The notes under the pieces were generated by a model. It made no database searches. It was not told where the DNA came from and worked only from the letters and a program-made list of their open reading frames with translations. Below, one piece after another: positions 26,695 to 26,979 of a stretch of 26,979 nt of DNA. The DNA comes from Candidatus Iainarchaeum sp. GTDB taxonomy: Archaea; Iainarchaeota; Iainarchaeia; Iainarchaeales; GCA-2688035. The translations under genes and the position numbers were made by a program. The stretch's first letter is position 1. Each line of letters starts with the position of its first letter. Where the stretch lies: assembly GCA_017608725.1 (NCBI GenBank), contig JAFCFG010000006.1:1-26979 (forward strand), given 5' to 3'.

Positions 26695-26841
26695 TTAAAT
26701 TGTGCTTCAAATGCAGAGATATTAGACAGCCTTGAGATATTCAACAGCTTAATAAGAGAGAAGAGGGTCTTAAATAGGTTTTGAATCAATAGCTATTTTG
26801 GCAAAGAAATTGCCTTTTTTAGGGGCTTTTGAGGTATTTGG

Positions 26842-26979
26842 ATGGATAAAGAAGAGGCTGGAAACTACATAAAAGCAGGTAAAATTCTGCAAAAAGTAGT
26901 GAAAAAAGCGAAAAAAAGCATTAAACCAGGGCAGAAACTGCTTGAAATTGCCTTAAATGTGGAGAAAAGCATTGAAACA
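26842..26979 (+). CDS. map: Type II methionine aminopeptidase, N-terminal fragment (runs off the window end)
   Basis: Manual translation from ATG 26842 (GAGGT RBS at 26831-26835) gives MDKEEAGNYIKAGKILQKVVKKAKKSIKPGQKLLEIALNVEKSIET. This fits the archaeal MetAP N-terminal pattern Y..AG.I...v......i.PG..ll.ia..vE..I. Only 46 codons are visible. Confidence 0.7.
   Translation, partial: MDKEEAGNYIKAGKILQKVVKKAKKSIKPGQKLLEIALNVEKSIET

Noticed and set aside
26580-26789. 69-aa minus-strand ORF containing ALSLKVFGT twice
   Set aside because: The peptide repeat simply reflects the 28-bp DNA repeat. There is no convincing RBS or other coding evidence.
1-26979. tRNA, rRNA or other structured RNA genes
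   Set aside because: No T-loop (GTTCRA) with compatible cloverleaf stems and no rRNA-like sequence was seen by eye in the intergenic regions. tRNAscan-SE or Infernal would be needed to exclude them formally.

Overview
Archaeal chromosomal window, probably from a DPANN-type lineage. The archaeal assignment rests on an archaeal family-B polymerase, a type II MetAP start and BRE/TATA-like motifs; the DPANN assignment is only an inference from the gene repertoire. The first 16 kb is a tandem array of three paralogous giant surface proteins (one partial, one of 2419 aa, one of about 2480 aa). They share a conserved N-terminal anchor, repeated CarboxypepD_reg-like beta-sandwich domains and a conserved Cys-containing C-terminal region. 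At one equivalent site the two complete copies carry unrelated inserts bounded by Gly-rich hydrophobic helices. The third paralog is split by a frameshift just after its membrane anchor. Downstream are five small membrane-protein genes (three share an exactly spaced motif), a degenerate HerA/DUF853-like ATPase flanked by two coiled-coil proteins, an intact PolB, a beta-helix/PKD surface protein and the start of map. Five of the 13 gene ends in the window have short duplications spanning the stop codon, and several other intergenic direct repeats contain palindromes. No tRNA, rRNA, CRISPR array, transposase, integrase or reverse transcriptase was recognised. The best candidate for an undescribed system is the giant-protein array together with the small membrane paralogs and the pseudo-ATPase, as a possible cell-contact or membrane-penetration apparatus. 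That link is a hypothesis.
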